Source: Candidatus Nanohaloarchaea archaeon
GTDB lineage: Archaea > Nanohalarchaeota > Nanosalinia > Nanosalinales > Nanosalinaceae
DNA length: 64,000 bases
Direction of reading: 5' to 3'
Assembly (NCBI GenBank): GCA_042218075.1
Contig: JBDGRK010000005.1
Span: 68,716-132,715, forward strand
Shown here: positions 18,740-29,567 of the stretch, piece after piece
Position numbering within the stretch: the stretch's first letter is position 1
Layout: the number at the start of each line of letters is the position of its first letter
The notes under the pieces: model-generated
Told to the model about the DNA's origin: nothing
Database searches by the model: none
The model's input: the letters and a program-made list of their open reading frames with translations, nothing else
Program-made: the position numbers and the translations under genes

Positions 18740-20776
18740 CTATTCTATCTCCATCGCTATATCGGTAATGTAGAGCTCTCCATCCCTCAGCATCGCGGGA
18801 TTGAGGTCGATCTCCTGAATCTCTTCGTGGTTGAGCGCCATCTCGCCGAGCCTGATGATCGCATCCTTCACCGGCTCGAGATTGTGATGCTCTCCCCTCA
18901 CACCTTCAAACATTTCATGGGATTCAAGCTCGTCTATCATGATCTCCGCCTCCTCCTCTGAGATTGGAGCGATACCAAACGAGACATCGTTCAAAACTTC
19001 TATGTAGATGCCACCGAGTCCAACCATAACCATGGGGCCGAACTGTGGATCCCTCTTCACGCCTAGAGCCACCTCAATTCCATCAAGCTGCTCCTGGAGC
19101 TGGACGCCTTTTATCTCAGATCCTGGAGCATTCCGATGCACATTTTCCACAATCTCTTGGAACGCCTGCATCACTTCTTCCCTGGTCTCAACTCCTGTCT
19201 CAACCGCTCCCAGATCAGTCTTGTGCTTTATATCCGGGGAATCGATCTTCATGACAAGAGGATACCCGATATTCGGTGCAGCCTCTGTCGCGTCTCTCGG
19301 GGCTTCCGCAACCTCCGTCAGCGCAACGCTGAAGCCGTAATAGGCAAAAAGATCCTCCTTGTCCTCAAAGTTCTCAAACTTCTCCAGAGCCTCTTCAGCT
19401 TTCTCCCTATCAAACTCGAGATCCCTGTAGCTCTCATCTCTGTCAAGAAACTCGCCGTAGCTTTTCATCGCCTCAAGCGTCGAGACCGCATCCATAGGAT
19501 CCTTGAACTCAGGAACGTGATTCTCCTCAAGTATCTCGATGCCCGACTCCACGTCCTCCTCCCCCATGAAACAGGCGAATACAGGTTTGCTTGATTCCTC
19601 TGAGATATTTGAAATCGTCTTCGCCGTCTTGTCGATCTCCGTGTTCGCCTGCGGGGTCAGAAGGACAATGATTGCGTCCACATTCTCATCCTCAACCACT
19701 GCTTCAAGCGCATTCTTGTAGCGCTCGTGTCCCGCGTCCCCGATCACATCCAGAGGATTGTGAGCGGAGGCCTCATCCGGCAGGGATTCCCCCAGCCGAT
19801 CCCTGGTTTCCGGGGAAAACTCAGCCAGCTCCAGTCCATGCTCGGATATCTCGTCGGTTGTTATCACGCCAGGACCTCCAGCGTTCGTGACCACCGCGAT
19901 GCTATCTCCTTCAGGGAGAGGCTGGTAGTTGAAGGCCCTCCCGAAGTCGAGCAGCTCCCGGTTGGACTCCGCCTCGATTATTCCTGACTTCCGGAAAGCT
20001 GCCTTATAAGCCTCGTAGCTCCCTGCGATCGATCCAGTGTGAGAGGATGCTGCGTCACCCCCCTGGTCGGTCCTCCCCGACTTTACCATCACGATCGGCT
20101 TTTGCTCCGAGGTCTTCTTCGCCTCTTCTATGAACTCCCTGCCGTTCTCTATTCCTTCCGTGTATGAAAGTATAGTTTCTGTTTCATCCTCCCTCCACTT
20201 CCTCAGGAAGTCAACCTCGTCCAGCATCGACTTGTTTCCAAGGGAGACGAAATGCCTGAATCCTATGTGCTCCGCCTTCGCGTAATCGAGAATCGCGGTG
20301 CAGAACGCACCGGACTGGCTCATAAAGCTAATTTCGCCCTCCTCAGGCATCTTGGAGGCAAAGGAGGCGTTCATGGAGTTCTCAGTGTTGATCAATCCCA
20401 GGACGTTCGGTCCAAGCAGATCGATGCCGTGGTCCTCCGCCTTCTGCAGAAGCTGCTGCTCAAGCTCCTCGCCGCCGGACTCGGAAAAGCCAGCAGAAAC
20501 AACAATCGCTGCCTCCACTCCCTTCTCTCCACAATCCTCAATCACTGATGGAACGATCTTCGCCGGAACAGCTATAACCGCCATATCCGCGTCTTCCGGG
20601 ACTTCATCTTCGCATTCGACTCCATGTATCTCATTTGCCTTTGGATTCACCGGAACTACATCTCCCTCAAACTCGTGGAGAAGATTGTCAAAGATTTCAT
20701 GGCCGGTCTTCCCCTCCTGCCTCGAAGCTCCGACCACCGCCACAGTTTCCGGCAGAAACAGCTTTTCCAGTTTCAC
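18740..20776 (-). CDS. acd: Acetate--CoA ligase (ADP-forming), fused alpha/beta
   Basis: VAVVGAS, GPNVLG, SQSGA, SLGNK, SSHTGSIAG, NPLD, ATP-grasp KIDSPDIKHKTD, DLNP. Confidence 0.92.
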   Translation of the reverse strand: MKLEKLFLPETVAVVGASRQEGKTGHEIFDNLLHEFEGDVVPVNPKANEIHGVECEDEVPEDADMAVIAVPAKIVPSVIEDCGEKGVEAAIVVSAGFSESGGEELEQQLLQKAEDHGIDLLGPNVLGLINTENSMNASFASKMPEEGEISFMSQSGAFCTAILDYAKAEHIGFRHFVSLGNKSMLDEVDFLRKWREDETETILSYTEGIENGREFIEEAKKTSEQKPIVMVKSGRTDQGGDAASSHTGSIAGSYEAYKAAFRKSGIIEAESNRELLDFGRAFNYQPLPEGDSIAVVTNAGGPGVITTDEISEHGLELAEFSPETRDRLGESLPDEASAHNPLDVIGDAGHERYKNALEAVVEDENVDAIIVLLTPQANTEIDKTAKTISNISEESSKPVFACFMGEEDVESGIEILEENHVPEFKDPMDAVSTLEAMKSYGEFLDRDESYRDLEFDREKAEEALEKFENFEDKEDLFAYYGFSVALTEVAEAPRDATEAAPNIGYPLVMKIDSPDIKHKTDLGAVETGVETREEVMQAFQEIVENVHRNAPGSEIKGVQLQEQLDGIEVALGVKRDPQFGPMVMVGLGGIYIEVLNDVSFGIAPISEEEAEIMIDELESHEMFEGVRGEHHNLEPVKDAIIRLGEMALNHEEIQEIDLNPAMLRDGELYITDIAMEIE

Positions 20777-20873
20777 AACTCAGAATTGTCGATATCCGTT
20801 ATTTAGGTTGTTGAGTTCACCGGAAGGTCGCAAACCACCTTTTTTATTCGAGTCTGGTCGATTCTCAAACATA

Positions 20874-21929
20874 ATGTCCAGGGAACAGGTATTCTCCACG
20901 GAGATAGAAAAGATCGAGGTCATGGACTCGGACGAGGAACTGGAACTCGAGGAAGAAGAGATGAAAGAACTCTACAGGAACATGATGGTGGCGAGAAAGT
21001 TCGACGAGAAAGCTTTCTCACTCCAGAGAAGGGGCGAGATTTCCACCTACGCGCCCCACAAGGGGCAGGAAGCTGCCCAAATAGGAGCGATGTTCGCTCT
21101 CGGAGACGAAGACTGGATGACCCCCTCTTTCAGGGAGACCGCCGCCTTCATAATGAGAGGAGCACCCCTAGAAAAGATATTCAGGAGGTGGATGGGTGAC
21201 GCGAACGGCCAGAAAGGTCTTTCCGAGCTGTATACTCTTCCTGTCGCAATACCGGTCGGAACCCAGAACCTCCACACAGCGGGAATAGGAATGGCGATGG
21301 AGTTTGAAGACGATGATAAGGCGGTACTTGGATTCACAGGTGACGGAAGCACCAGCCAGGGAGACTTCCACGAGGCGCTCAACTTCTCGGGGGTCTATGA
21401 TGCACATTCCATCTTCCTCGTGCAGAACAACCAGTACGCGATATCGATGCCTGTTGAGAGACAGACCAACTCGGAGACGCTGGCACAGAAGGCCATCGCC
21501 TACGGGATCGAGGGAGTCCAGGTGGATGGAAACGATATACTTGCGGTGATCAAGGCGGTTAGGGAAGCTCTTGAGAAAGCGAGAAACGGAAATCCAGTTC
21601 TGATCGAGGCCCTGACCTACAGGCTTGAAGACCACACGACCTCGGACGACTCGACACGCTACCGGGATGAAGAAGAGGTGGAGGAGTGGAAGAAACACGA
21701 TCCAATAGAACGGTTTAGAGAATACCTGAAGCAGAAAGACATCTGGAGCGAAGAACTGGAAAAATTCGAAGAGGAAGCCGAAGAAAAAGTTGACGAAGCC
21801 GCCCAAGAGGCTATTGAATCGGAAGACCCCGGCTTCGACGAGTTATTCGACTACGTCTACGACGAAATGCCGGATCTGCTGGAAAAAGAGAAAGAACATT
21901 TCAGGAAGGAACTGGAGGTTGATTCGTAA
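20874..21929 (+). CDS. pdhA: Pyruvate (2-oxoacid) dehydrogenase E1 alpha
   Basis: GQEAAQ, TPP motif GDGSTSQGDFHEALN...NN, HTTSDD; true start is ATG 20874. Confidence 0.93.
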   Translation: MSREQVFSTEIEKIEVMDSDEELELEEEEMKELYRNMMVARKFDEKAFSLQRRGEISTYAPHKGQEAAQIGAMFALGDEDWMTPSFRETAAFIMRGAPLEKIFRRWMGDANGQKGLSELYTLPVAIPVGTQNLHTAGIGMAMEFEDDDKAVLGFTGDGSTSQGDFHEALNFSGVYDAHSIFLVQNNQYAISMPVERQTNSETLAQKAIAYGIEGVQVDGNDILAVIKAVREALEKARNGNPVLIEALTYRLEDHTTSDDSTRYRDEEEVEEWKKHDPIERFREYLKQKDIWSEELEKFEEEAEEKVDEAAQEAIESEDPGFDELFDYVYDEMPDLLEKEKEHFRKELEVDS

Positions 21930-22939
21930 TGGCGCCTACCGGAGCCTCAGATGGTGATGGAACTTCCAGAAGTTCCGAAGAGATGAACATAGTTGAAGCG
22001 GTCAACGCGGCGCTCCACGACGAGATGGAGGAAGATGAAAAAGTGATAGCCTATGGAGAGGACGTTGGAGAGGATGGAGGAGTTTTCCGGGCGACGGAAG
22101 GACTTCAGGAGGAGTTCGGTGAGAAAAGGTGTTTCTCGAGTCCTCTGGCGGAGTCGGGAATTGCCGGGACAGCAATAGGAATGAGCATCTACGGTTTTCG
22201 TCCGGTGGTGGAGATGCAGTTCTCAGGCTTTTCCTATCTCGCTTTCTACCAGATCAAGGAACACGCTTCAAGGATGAGAATCAGGAGCAGGGGCGATTAC
22301 GAAGTTCCGATGACTGTTAGAGCTCCGTACGGAGGAGGTATAAACGCCCTCGAGCACCACCAGGAATCTCCTGAGGCTTACTTCGCTCACGCTGAAGGTC
22401 TTCACGTCGTGATTCCCAGCAACCCCCAGGATACCTACTCTCTTCTCAGAAAATCGATCCAGATGGATGATCCCGTGGTATTCCTTGAGCCCAAGAAGAT
22501 TTACAGGGCATTCTCAGAGGAAGTCGACCGTGAGAAAGAAGTCGAGCTGGAAGAAGCGAAAGTAGTTGAAGAGGGAGAAGAAGTTACCCTGATCTCCTGG
22601 GGAGCTATGATCCCGGTTGCGGAAGACGCAGCAGACAAGGTAGATGCTGACGTGGAGATCATCGACCTGAGAACCATATATCCCACAGACTTCGATACAG
22701 TGCATGAATCGGTCAGGAAAACAGGGCGAGCTATGGTGTTGCATGAAGCGCCAAGAAGCGCTGGTTTTGGAGCTGAAGTGGCTTCAAGGATACAGGAGGA
22801 AGACATACTCAAGATGGAGGCGCCGGTGGAGAGAGTCACTGGACCGGATGTTCCCTACCCCCTGTACACTCTGGAAGACTACTACATGCCTAACAAGAAG
22901 AGAGCCGTAAAAGGACTTGAAAGAGTTCTGGAATTCTAG
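21929..22939 (+). CDS. pdhB: Pyruvate (2-oxoacid) dehydrogenase E1 beta
   Basis: GEDVG..GGVFRAT, PLAESG, EMQF, HHQESPE, IDLRTI. Confidence 0.93.
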   Translation: MAPTGASDGDGTSRSSEEMNIVEAVNAALHDEMEEDEKVIAYGEDVGEDGGVFRATEGLQEEFGEKRCFSSPLAESGIAGTAIGMSIYGFRPVVEMQFSGFSYLAFYQIKEHASRMRIRSRGDYEVPMTVRAPYGGGINALEHHQESPEAYFAHAEGLHVVIPSNPQDTYSLLRKSIQMDDPVVFLEPKKIYRAFSEEVDREKEVELEEAKVVEEGEEVTLISWGAMIPVAEDAADKVDADVEIIDLRTIYPTDFDTVHESVRKTGRAMVLHEAPRSAGFGAEVASRIQEEDILKMEAPVERVTGPDVPYPLYTLEDYYMPNKKRAVKGLERVLEF

Positions 22940-24355
22940 GTGATCGAGATCAAGTTCAAGTTTCCCGACACAGGTGAAGGAGTTACAGAGGGACAGTTCC
23001 TTGAATGGGAAGTGGATGAAGGAGATGAAGTGGAAGAAGACCAGGTTGTGGGAGAGGCGGAGACCGATAAAGCCGTGGTCGAAATTCCAGCTCCTTCAGA
23101 TGGAACCGTGGATGAACTTCTCGCTGATCCCGGCGACAAGGTGGAAGTCGGAGACGTCATAATGATACTTGATACTGATGGGGGAGAGGAAGGAGATGCC
23201 GGGAAAGAGAAGGAACAGAACGAGGAGCAAAAAAAGCATGAGGAAGGGAAAAGGGAGAGTGAAGGAGGAGATGATGAGGATGTAGATATAGAAAATAGCT
23301 CCGGTGGAGATGTCCTCGCACTACCTAAGGTCAGGAAGCTCGCTCAGGAGAAAGGAGTTCAACTATCGGAGATAAAGACCGGGGAAAGGATAAACGAGGA
23401 AGAAGTGCTGGAAGCCGCGGAGGACGAAGATGCTGGAACTGAAGAGGTTGAAGAAAAAGAAGTTCAGGATTCTGTAAGCGAAGAAGTCAAGGCAACTCCG
23501 GCGGTGAGAAAGCTGGCCAGGGAGAAAGGAGTCGAGATTCAAAGTATAGACGGTTCTGGAAGAGGCGGAAAGATCACCAGGGAAGATGTTCTGGAAGCGT
23601 CGAAGGAGGAAGCTTCGGAAAATTCTGGAGAAGAACATGGAAAAGATAAAGTGGAGATTGAAGGAAAGGAGAAAAGGATAGAACTTTCGAAAGTCAGGAA
23701 AACTGTGGGAGACAGGATGGAGGAATCAAGGTTCACAGCCCCGCATGTGACACATTTTGATACCGCTGACGTCACCGAGCTGGTGGAGCTGAGAGAGGAG
23801 AAGAAGGATGGGGTGGAAGCACACCTTACATACCTGCCTTTCATAATGAAGGCGGTCCAGCTCTCGATGGAGAAGCACCCGAGGATCAACTCTGAGCTGG
23901 ACGAGGAGGATGAAAGCCTGATCATGAAGAACCACTACGACTTCAATATTGCTGTGGATACAGATGAAGGCCTGATGATCCCTCTGATAGAAGAGGTCGA
24001 CGAGAAAAACATAGTGGAGCTGGCGGAGGAGATAGGTGAAAAGGCAGAAAAGGCGAGAGAAAACGAATTATCGCCTGAAGATATGAGAAACGGGACGTTC
24101 TCCATCACCAACCTGGGAGTCATAGGCGGAGAGGAGTTCACACCGATAATCAACTATCCGCAGGCCGCCATACTCGGCGTGGGAAAGATACAGCAGACAG
24201 CGGAAGTGGTAGAGAGAGAGGTACAGCCTCGGAGTACTGTGAAGCTATCTCTCAGTTACGATCACAGGATAATTGACGGCGCAGATGCCACAAGATTCCT
24301 GAACGAAGTCATTCAAAACCTTCAAGACCCGGAAAACATGATACTCGAGCTCTAA
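22940..24355 (+). CDS. pdhC: Dihydrolipoamide acyltransferase E2 (one lipoyl domain, two E3-binding domains)
   Basis: ETDKA lipoyl site, PKVRKLA and PAVRKLA, DHRIIDGA. Confidence 0.93.
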   Translation: MIEIKFKFPDTGEGVTEGQFLEWEVDEGDEVEEDQVVGEAETDKAVVEIPAPSDGTVDELLADPGDKVEVGDVIMILDTDGGEEGDAGKEKEQNEEQKKHEEGKRESEGGDDEDVDIENSSGGDVLALPKVRKLAQEKGVQLSEIKTGERINEEEVLEAAEDEDAGTEEVEEKEVQDSVSEEVKATPAVRKLAREKGVEIQSIDGSGRGGKITREDVLEASKEEASENSGEEHGKDKVEIEGKEKRIELSKVRKTVGDRMEESRFTAPHVTHFDTADVTELVELREEKKDGVEAHLTYLPFIMKAVQLSMEKHPRINSELDEEDESLIMKNHYDFNIAVDTDEGLMIPLIEEVDEKNIVELAEEIGEKAEKARENELSPEDMRNGTFSITNLGVIGGEEFTPIINYPQAAILGVGKIQQTAEVVEREVQPRSTVKLSLSYDHRIIDGADATRFLNEVIQNLQDPENMILEL

Positions 24356-25764
24356 TGGTAGTAGGAGACATAGAGGAGGGAACTGACCTTCTTGTCATCG
24401 GTGCAGGACCTGGAGGTTATACAGCAGCTATAAGAGCTGCACAGAAAGGGCTCGATGTGGTGCTGGTTGACAAGGAGAAAGTCGGAGGTATCTGCCTGAA
24501 CCATGGATGCATCCCCGCAAAGTCACTGATACATGCGGCAAACTTCGAACAGGATATACTGCACTGGAACCAGATAGGGATTCACACAGGGGAGCTTGAA
24601 GTTGACTTCGGAGAGATACAGGAGTGGAAGGACAGTGTTGTCAAGAGGCTTGACAGCGGGATAGAGAGTCTGCTGCAGAAGCACGGTGTGAAGTTCAAGA
24701 AGGGAGAGGCGTTCTTCCAGGACTCGGAGACTGCGAGAATAGAGATGGAGCACAACGCCGAGACTATCAAGTTCGACAATGCGATCATCGCGACAGGTTC
24801 CCAGCCGATAGAGGTTCCCGGACTGGAGTTCGACAAGGAGAGGATTATATCTTCGAGACAGCTGCTGCAGCTTGAGGAGATCCCTGACGAGATAGTGGTG
24901 GTCGGCGGAGGATACATAGGCATGGAGGCGGTCACAAAGTTCTGCAAGTTTGGAGCCACTGTCAAGGTCGTTGAGGCTCTCGACCAGGTTCTGCCCGCAT
25001 TCGACCGGGAACTGGGGGACAATATCCAGGAGGCCAGCGCCTGTTACGACGACGAGATCTACACGAATACGGAGGCGAAGAAAGTGGAGTACGAGGAAGA
25101 TAAGGCGATACTGGTGGCGGATAGAGATGGAGAGGAGGAAAGAATAGAGGGAGATCAGATTCTTGTCGCGGTCGGGAGAACCCCTGAGCCGGGCCTCGAA
25201 TCATTGAATCTTGAGAATACGGGAGTTGAGCTTGAGAATGGTTTCGTCCAGACAGATAAACGGATGAGAACAACTGATGACAGCATATTCGCGATAGGAG
25301 ATGCCGCAGGAGATCCGATGCTCGCTCACAAGGCTTACAGGGAGGGAAAAGTCGCCGCTAATGTAATAGCTGGAGAGAATGATGCGATGGACAACCAGTA
25401 CATTCCTAAGGTCACCTACACCGATCCGGAACTGGCTGTTGTTGGAATGAATCCAGAAGAGGCTGAAGAAAAGTACGATGAGGTTAAGGTCGGGAGGTTT
25501 CCATTCTCTGCGTCTGGCAGAGCGCTCACGACAGAGCAGGAGGACGGTTTTGTAAGGGTGGTTGCCTCGATAGAGGGAGAACTGCTTGGGGTACAGATAG
25601 TGGGTCCAAGAGCCTCCGACATAATAGCCGAGGCCACCCTTGCTCTTGAAATGCAGGCCTACCTCGATGACATCATCAGAACCGTTCACGCCCACCCTAC
25701 TTTCCCTGAGGCACTGGCGGAGGCCTGCGAGGACGCGAAAGGGGAGAGCATACACACCGCGTGA
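24355..25764 (+). CDS. lpdA: Dihydrolipoyl dehydrogenase E3
   Basis: GAGPGG, CLNHGCIP, GGGYIG, HAHPT. Confidence 0.94.
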   Translation: MVVGDIEEGTDLLVIGAGPGGYTAAIRAAQKGLDVVLVDKEKVGGICLNHGCIPAKSLIHAANFEQDILHWNQIGIHTGELEVDFGEIQEWKDSVVKRLDSGIESLLQKHGVKFKKGEAFFQDSETARIEMEHNAETIKFDNAIIATGSQPIEVPGLEFDKERIISSRQLLQLEEIPDEIVVVGGGYIGMEAVTKFCKFGATVKVVEALDQVLPAFDRELGDNIQEASACYDDEIYTNTEAKKVEYEEDKAILVADRDGEEERIEGDQILVAVGRTPEPGLESLNLENTGVELENGFVQTDKRMRTTDDSIFAIGDAAGDPMLAHKAYREGKVAANVIAGENDAMDNQYIPKVTYTDPELAVVGMNPEEAEEKYDEVKVGRFPFSASGRALTTEQEDGFVRVVASIEGELLGVQIVGPRASDIIAEATLALEMQAYLDDIIRTVHAHPTFPEALAEACEDAKGESIHTA

Positions 25765-25797
25765 CTATTATTAACAAAGTTCTCGCATTGCAAGACA

Positions 25798-28497
25798 ATG
25801 TCCTGGCACGAAATGGGCGAGGAAGAAGTACTTTCAAGCCTTGATACTTCCAGCGAAGGCCTTTCTGGAGAGGAAGCCAGAGAAAGGCTGGAGGAGCAGG
25901 GGCAGAACGAGATAAGCAAGGAGGAATCCGCGTCTCCCGTAAAGATTTTTCTCAGCCAGTTCCACGATTTTCTGATCTACATCCTTATACTTGCGGCGCT
26001 TCTCTCGCTCGCTGTGGGTTTTCTACCCGGGCACTCGCCCGAGTACACCGAGGCAGGACTGATATTTCTTATACTGGCTGCGAACGGGATTTTCGGTTTC
26101 ATACAGGACTACAAGGCGGAGAAATCGATAGAAGCTCTTAAAGATCTCTCAACTCCAAAAACCACGGTGCTTAGAGATGGAGAGAAGAAAAAGATTGATT
26201 CAAGGAAGGTTGTTCCAGGCGATATTATTTTCCTGGAACAGGGAGACGCGGTGCCCTCGGACGCGAGGCTCATCGAACAGCACAGCCTGGAGACAGACGA
26301 GTCGGCGCTTACAGGAGAGAGCACTTCGGTATCGAAGAAAACCGGAACTCTGGACGAAGCTACCTCGCTGGCTGAGAGACAAAACATGGTCTACATGAAC
26401 ACCAACGTGGTCAGGGGTAGAGGAAAGGCTACAGTGGTCGAGACAGGCATGGATACGCAGGTTGGGGATATAGCCTCCCAGATAGAGGAGGCTGACGAGA
26501 AAAAGACCCCCTTCCAGAAGGAGGTGGATGAGCTGGGCAGGAAGATAGGTTACGGTATTTTCGGTGTTATCGGGCTTGTAGCCGCGATACAGTTCTTCTT
26601 CACTTCCGCTGGCCCGATATCGATACTTTTAGTGGCGATAACTCTGGCTGTTGCGGCTGTGCCTGAAGGTTTACCAGCAGTGGTCACTCTCACACTCGCC
26701 CTCGGCTCCAAGAAGATGCTGGAAAAGGACGCGCTGGTCAGGAGGCTGCCGGTGGTGGAGTCGCTGGGATCGGTTGACGTTATCGTGACTGACAAGACAG
26801 GCACCCTGACTGAGGGCACGATGACCGTGAAGAAGGCCTACTTTTCGGGCGAGGAGTACGAGGTGACTGGAGAGGGTGCCGACACGGATGGAGAGTTTCT
26901 GCTGGATGGAGAAGAAAACATGGATCTGAAGCCGATGCTCGAGTGCGGCTACATCTGCAATAACGCGGAGAGAGCTCCTGAAGACGAGGATAAAGACTTT
27001 TACGGTGATCCGACAGAGGTAGCGCTTCTCGTATCGGCGATGAAGGCGGATGCAACACCCTACTTCGAGAGGCAGAAGAGCATTCCCTTCTCATCCGACA
27101 GGAAAAGGATGACGGTGATAACAGGAGAGAAAGAGGCCTACATGAAGGGAGCTCCGGAGACAGTGCTTGAGAGGTGTGACAGAGTTCTGATTGATGGAGA
27201 GGAAGAAAAACTTACAGATCAGAAGAGACAGGAAATACGGCAAAAAAATACAGAATTTGCGGAGGAAGCGCTGAGAGTTCTCGGGTTTGCTAAAAAGGGG
27301 GTTGAAAATCCTGAAGCCCCGGATGAAGAGATCGAATCCGGTATGGTATTCCTCGGACTCCAGGGCATGATAGACCCGCCGAGAAGTGAGGTAAAGGGAG
27401 CGGTTGACGACTGCCGTAATGCCGGAATCGATGTTGTCATGGCTACAGGCGACAACATCGAGACTGCGAAGGCTGTAGGAGGACAGATAGGATTCGATCC
27501 GGAAGGGGCGATGACAGGTAAAGAAGTTGAAGAGTTAAGCGACAGGCAACTGGAGGAGAAAGTCGGGGAGGTAGAGATATTCGCACGCGTCTCCCCGGAA
27601 CACAAGGTGAGGATACTCCAGGCTCTGCAATCAAACGGATACAACGTGGCGATGACAGGCGACGGTGTGAACGACGCTCCAGCTCTGAAGAACTCTGACG
27701 TAGGAGTCGCTATGGGGCAGAGAGGGACAGACGTTGCGAAGCAGAGCGCCGACATGGTGCTCCAGGATGACAATTTTGTGACTATCAGGGACGCGATAGC
27801 AGAGGGCAGGGGAATCTTCGACAACATCAGGAAGTTCGTGAACTACCTGCTATCGGCCAACGCCGGAGAGGTGATGGTTGTATTCTTCGGGATACTGCTG
27901 GGCACCGCCTTATTCCCGCAGGTATTCAGCTCAAGCTCGGAGGCACTTATACTGACACCTATAATGCTTCTATGGATCAATTTTGTTACCGATGGGCTCC
28001 CCGCACTAGCTCTGGGTACAGATCCCAAGTCAGAGGGTATAATGGAGAGAGAACCGAGAGGCAAAGAAGAACCGGTTATAAACAGGAGGATGATGGCGTC
28101 GATAATCGGTATCGGAGGAATTATGGCTGTGGCCGGCATACCTCTATTCTTCCAGGCTCTCAGAAGATCTCTAGGAAGTATGGGAATTGGAGAATCTCTT
28201 GTCGTGGCCCAGACCGTGCTTTTCACCTTCCTGGTTCTGGTGGAGATGATCAGGATACAGGTGATAAGATCAAGGTACAATCAATCCATACTTTCCAACA
28301 ACTGGTTGATTGCTGCGCTTGTATTATCGATCGTGCTGCAGCTAATGGTGCTTTACACGCCGCTGAGAACCTACTTCGAAACTGCGGCGCTAGGAATACG
28401 TAGCTGGATGCTTATGGGAACCGGGGTTACAGGATTTTTGGCCCTAGCCTATGGCATGAGCAAAGTACTGGACTGGTACTCCAGCGATCATCTTTAA
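25798..28497 (+). CDS. P-type cation-transporting ATPase (type IIA, Ca2+-like)
   Basis: TGES, PEGL, DKTGTLT, KGAPE, TGDGVNDAPALK. Confidence 0.92.
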   Translation: MSWHEMGEEEVLSSLDTSSEGLSGEEARERLEEQGQNEISKEESASPVKIFLSQFHDFLIYILILAALLSLAVGFLPGHSPEYTEAGLIFLILAANGIFGFIQDYKAEKSIEALKDLSTPKTTVLRDGEKKKIDSRKVVPGDIIFLEQGDAVPSDARLIEQHSLETDESALTGESTSVSKKTGTLDEATSLAERQNMVYMNTNVVRGRGKATVVETGMDTQVGDIASQIEEADEKKTPFQKEVDELGRKIGYGIFGVIGLVAAIQFFFTSAGPISILLVAITLAVAAVPEGLPAVVTLTLALGSKKMLEKDALVRRLPVVESLGSVDVIVTDKTGTLTEGTMTVKKAYFSGEEYEVTGEGADTDGEFLLDGEENMDLKPMLECGYICNNAERAPEDEDKDFYGDPTEVALLVSAMKADATPYFERQKSIPFSSDRKRMTVITGEKEAYMKGAPETVLERCDRVLIDGEEEKLTDQKRQEIRQKNTEFAEEALRVLGFAKKGVENPEAPDEEIESGMVFLGLQGMIDPPRSEVKGAVDDCRNAGIDVVMATGDNIETAKAVGGQIGFDPEGAMTGKEVEELSDRQLEEKVGEVEIFARVSPEHKVRILQALQSNGYNVAMTGDGVNDAPALKNSDVGVAMGQRGTDVAKQSADMVLQDDNFVTIRDAIAEGRGIFDNIRKFVNYLLSANAGEVMVVFFGILLGTALFPQVFSSSSEALILTPIMLLWINFVTDGLPALALGTDPKSEGIMEREPRGKEEPVINRRMMASIIGIGGIMAVAGIPLFFQALRRSLGSMGIGESLVVAQTVLFTFLVLVEMIRIQVIRSRYNQSILSNNWLIAALVLSIVLQLMVLYTPLRTYFETAALGIRSWMLMGTGVTGFLALAYGMSKVLDWYSSDHL

Positions 28498-28520
28498 TAA
28501 CGGCCTGACAAACCATACTT

Positions 28521-28682
28521 ATGGGACTCTTAAGCGGCGGTGAGGAATGCTACGTCTGCGGGAAGGAAATAGACTCGGATACCTGTATAGAGAAGGATGG
28601 AAAGAAGTTCTGCTGCGAGAAATGCAGGGAGAGGTTCGAGGAAGAGCAGGGTGAACCTGATGAAGTATGCCAGTTCTGCTAG
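28521..28682 (+). CDS. Small Cys-rich TRASH/YHS-like metal-binding protein (53 aa)
   Basis: Manual translation MGLLSGGEECYVCGKEIDSDTCIEKDGKKFCCEKCRERFEEEQGEPDEVCQFC; below the ORF-track cut-off. Confidence 0.75.
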   Translation: MGLLSGGEECYVCGKEIDSDTCIEKDGKKFCCEKCRERFEEEQGEPDEVCQFC

Positions 28683-28691
28683 GCTGATAGT

Positions 28692-29567
28692 ATGAGAGCG
28701 CTCCACAGGATAATCGGGTCGACTCTAGTCGCGATACTGCTGACAGCCTTATCGATATTCGTGGCGCCGGAGTTCAACTTCACCCGGTACGTAGTCCCGC
28801 TTTTGTTACTTGGACTGCTGGCCACGCTGACTCTGACTTCACTGGCGTTCTACCGGGAGGACAGCCTGACACTCCACGACAAGGACATACTTATGAACGG
28901 ATTCCTGATAGCTGTGCTTGTTCCCTCATTCTACACCGCTGGAGCATTCATGCATGAAAGTGCAACCTCCTGGTCTGGCGGCGAAATCCACTACCATGCG
29001 GATTATGAAGTTATCGTGGAGAGGAACGGGGAACTCCAGACACTGGACCTGATAGATCCGGGCAAGTTCTGCGGTGACAGCTACATGTGCAACCTGAACG
29101 ACAGGACCGGGATCACGAAGTACCATGAGCACAACGACAACAGGATACACCTGGAGGGAATCTTCGAGAAGAGGGAAGACGCCACTCTCGCGGCCTACTT
29201 CGAGACTTTTGGCGGGAAACTCACGAACTCTAAACTGGTATACCCCACGAACAACGGAACGGTAAAAGTCTCAGAGAAAGACGAGAAGCAACTGAAAGTT
29301 ATTGTCAGAAAAGGCACGGGAGGAAACAGGCACTGGTGCATAATAGGCAACAATGTGCCTGAAGGAAACATATGCAGGGATCAGTACACCGGGGAACTGG
29401 CAAACTCCCCCTCAGAGTACGTTGTCTCGCCGCACAAGAAGGGACCGAGCCTAGACGACATATTCGTTATCTATGACAGTTCCTCGAAACTCGAAGCACT
29501 GCAAGACCTCCAGAAAGACGGAAAATACAGGGGCACAGGTCTAAGCAAGAAGGGTGAGGGCTTCTAA
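28692..29567 (+). CDS. Membrane-anchored protein with His-rich putative metal-binding domain
   Basis: Three N-terminal TM helices, HYHAD and HEHNDNRIH motifs. Confidence 0.7.
   Translation: MRALHRIIGSTLVAILLTALSIFVAPEFNFTRYVVPLLLLGLLATLTLTSLAFYREDSLTLHDKDILMNGFLIAVLVPSFYTAGAFMHESATSWSGGEIHYHADYEVIVERNGELQTLDLIDPGKFCGDSYMCNLNDRTGITKYHEHNDNRIHLEGIFEKREDATLAAYFETFGGKLTNSKLVYPTNNGTVKVSEKDEKQLKVIVRKGTGGNRHWCIIGNNVPEGNICRDQYTGELANSPSEYVVSPHKKGPSLDDIFVIYDSSSKLEALQDLQKDGKYRGTGLSKKGEGF

Noticed and set aside
20298-20873. N-terminal 190-aa extension of pdhA in the ORF track
   Set aside because: It is the antisense of acd; E1-alpha homology and a plausible start begin at ATG 20874
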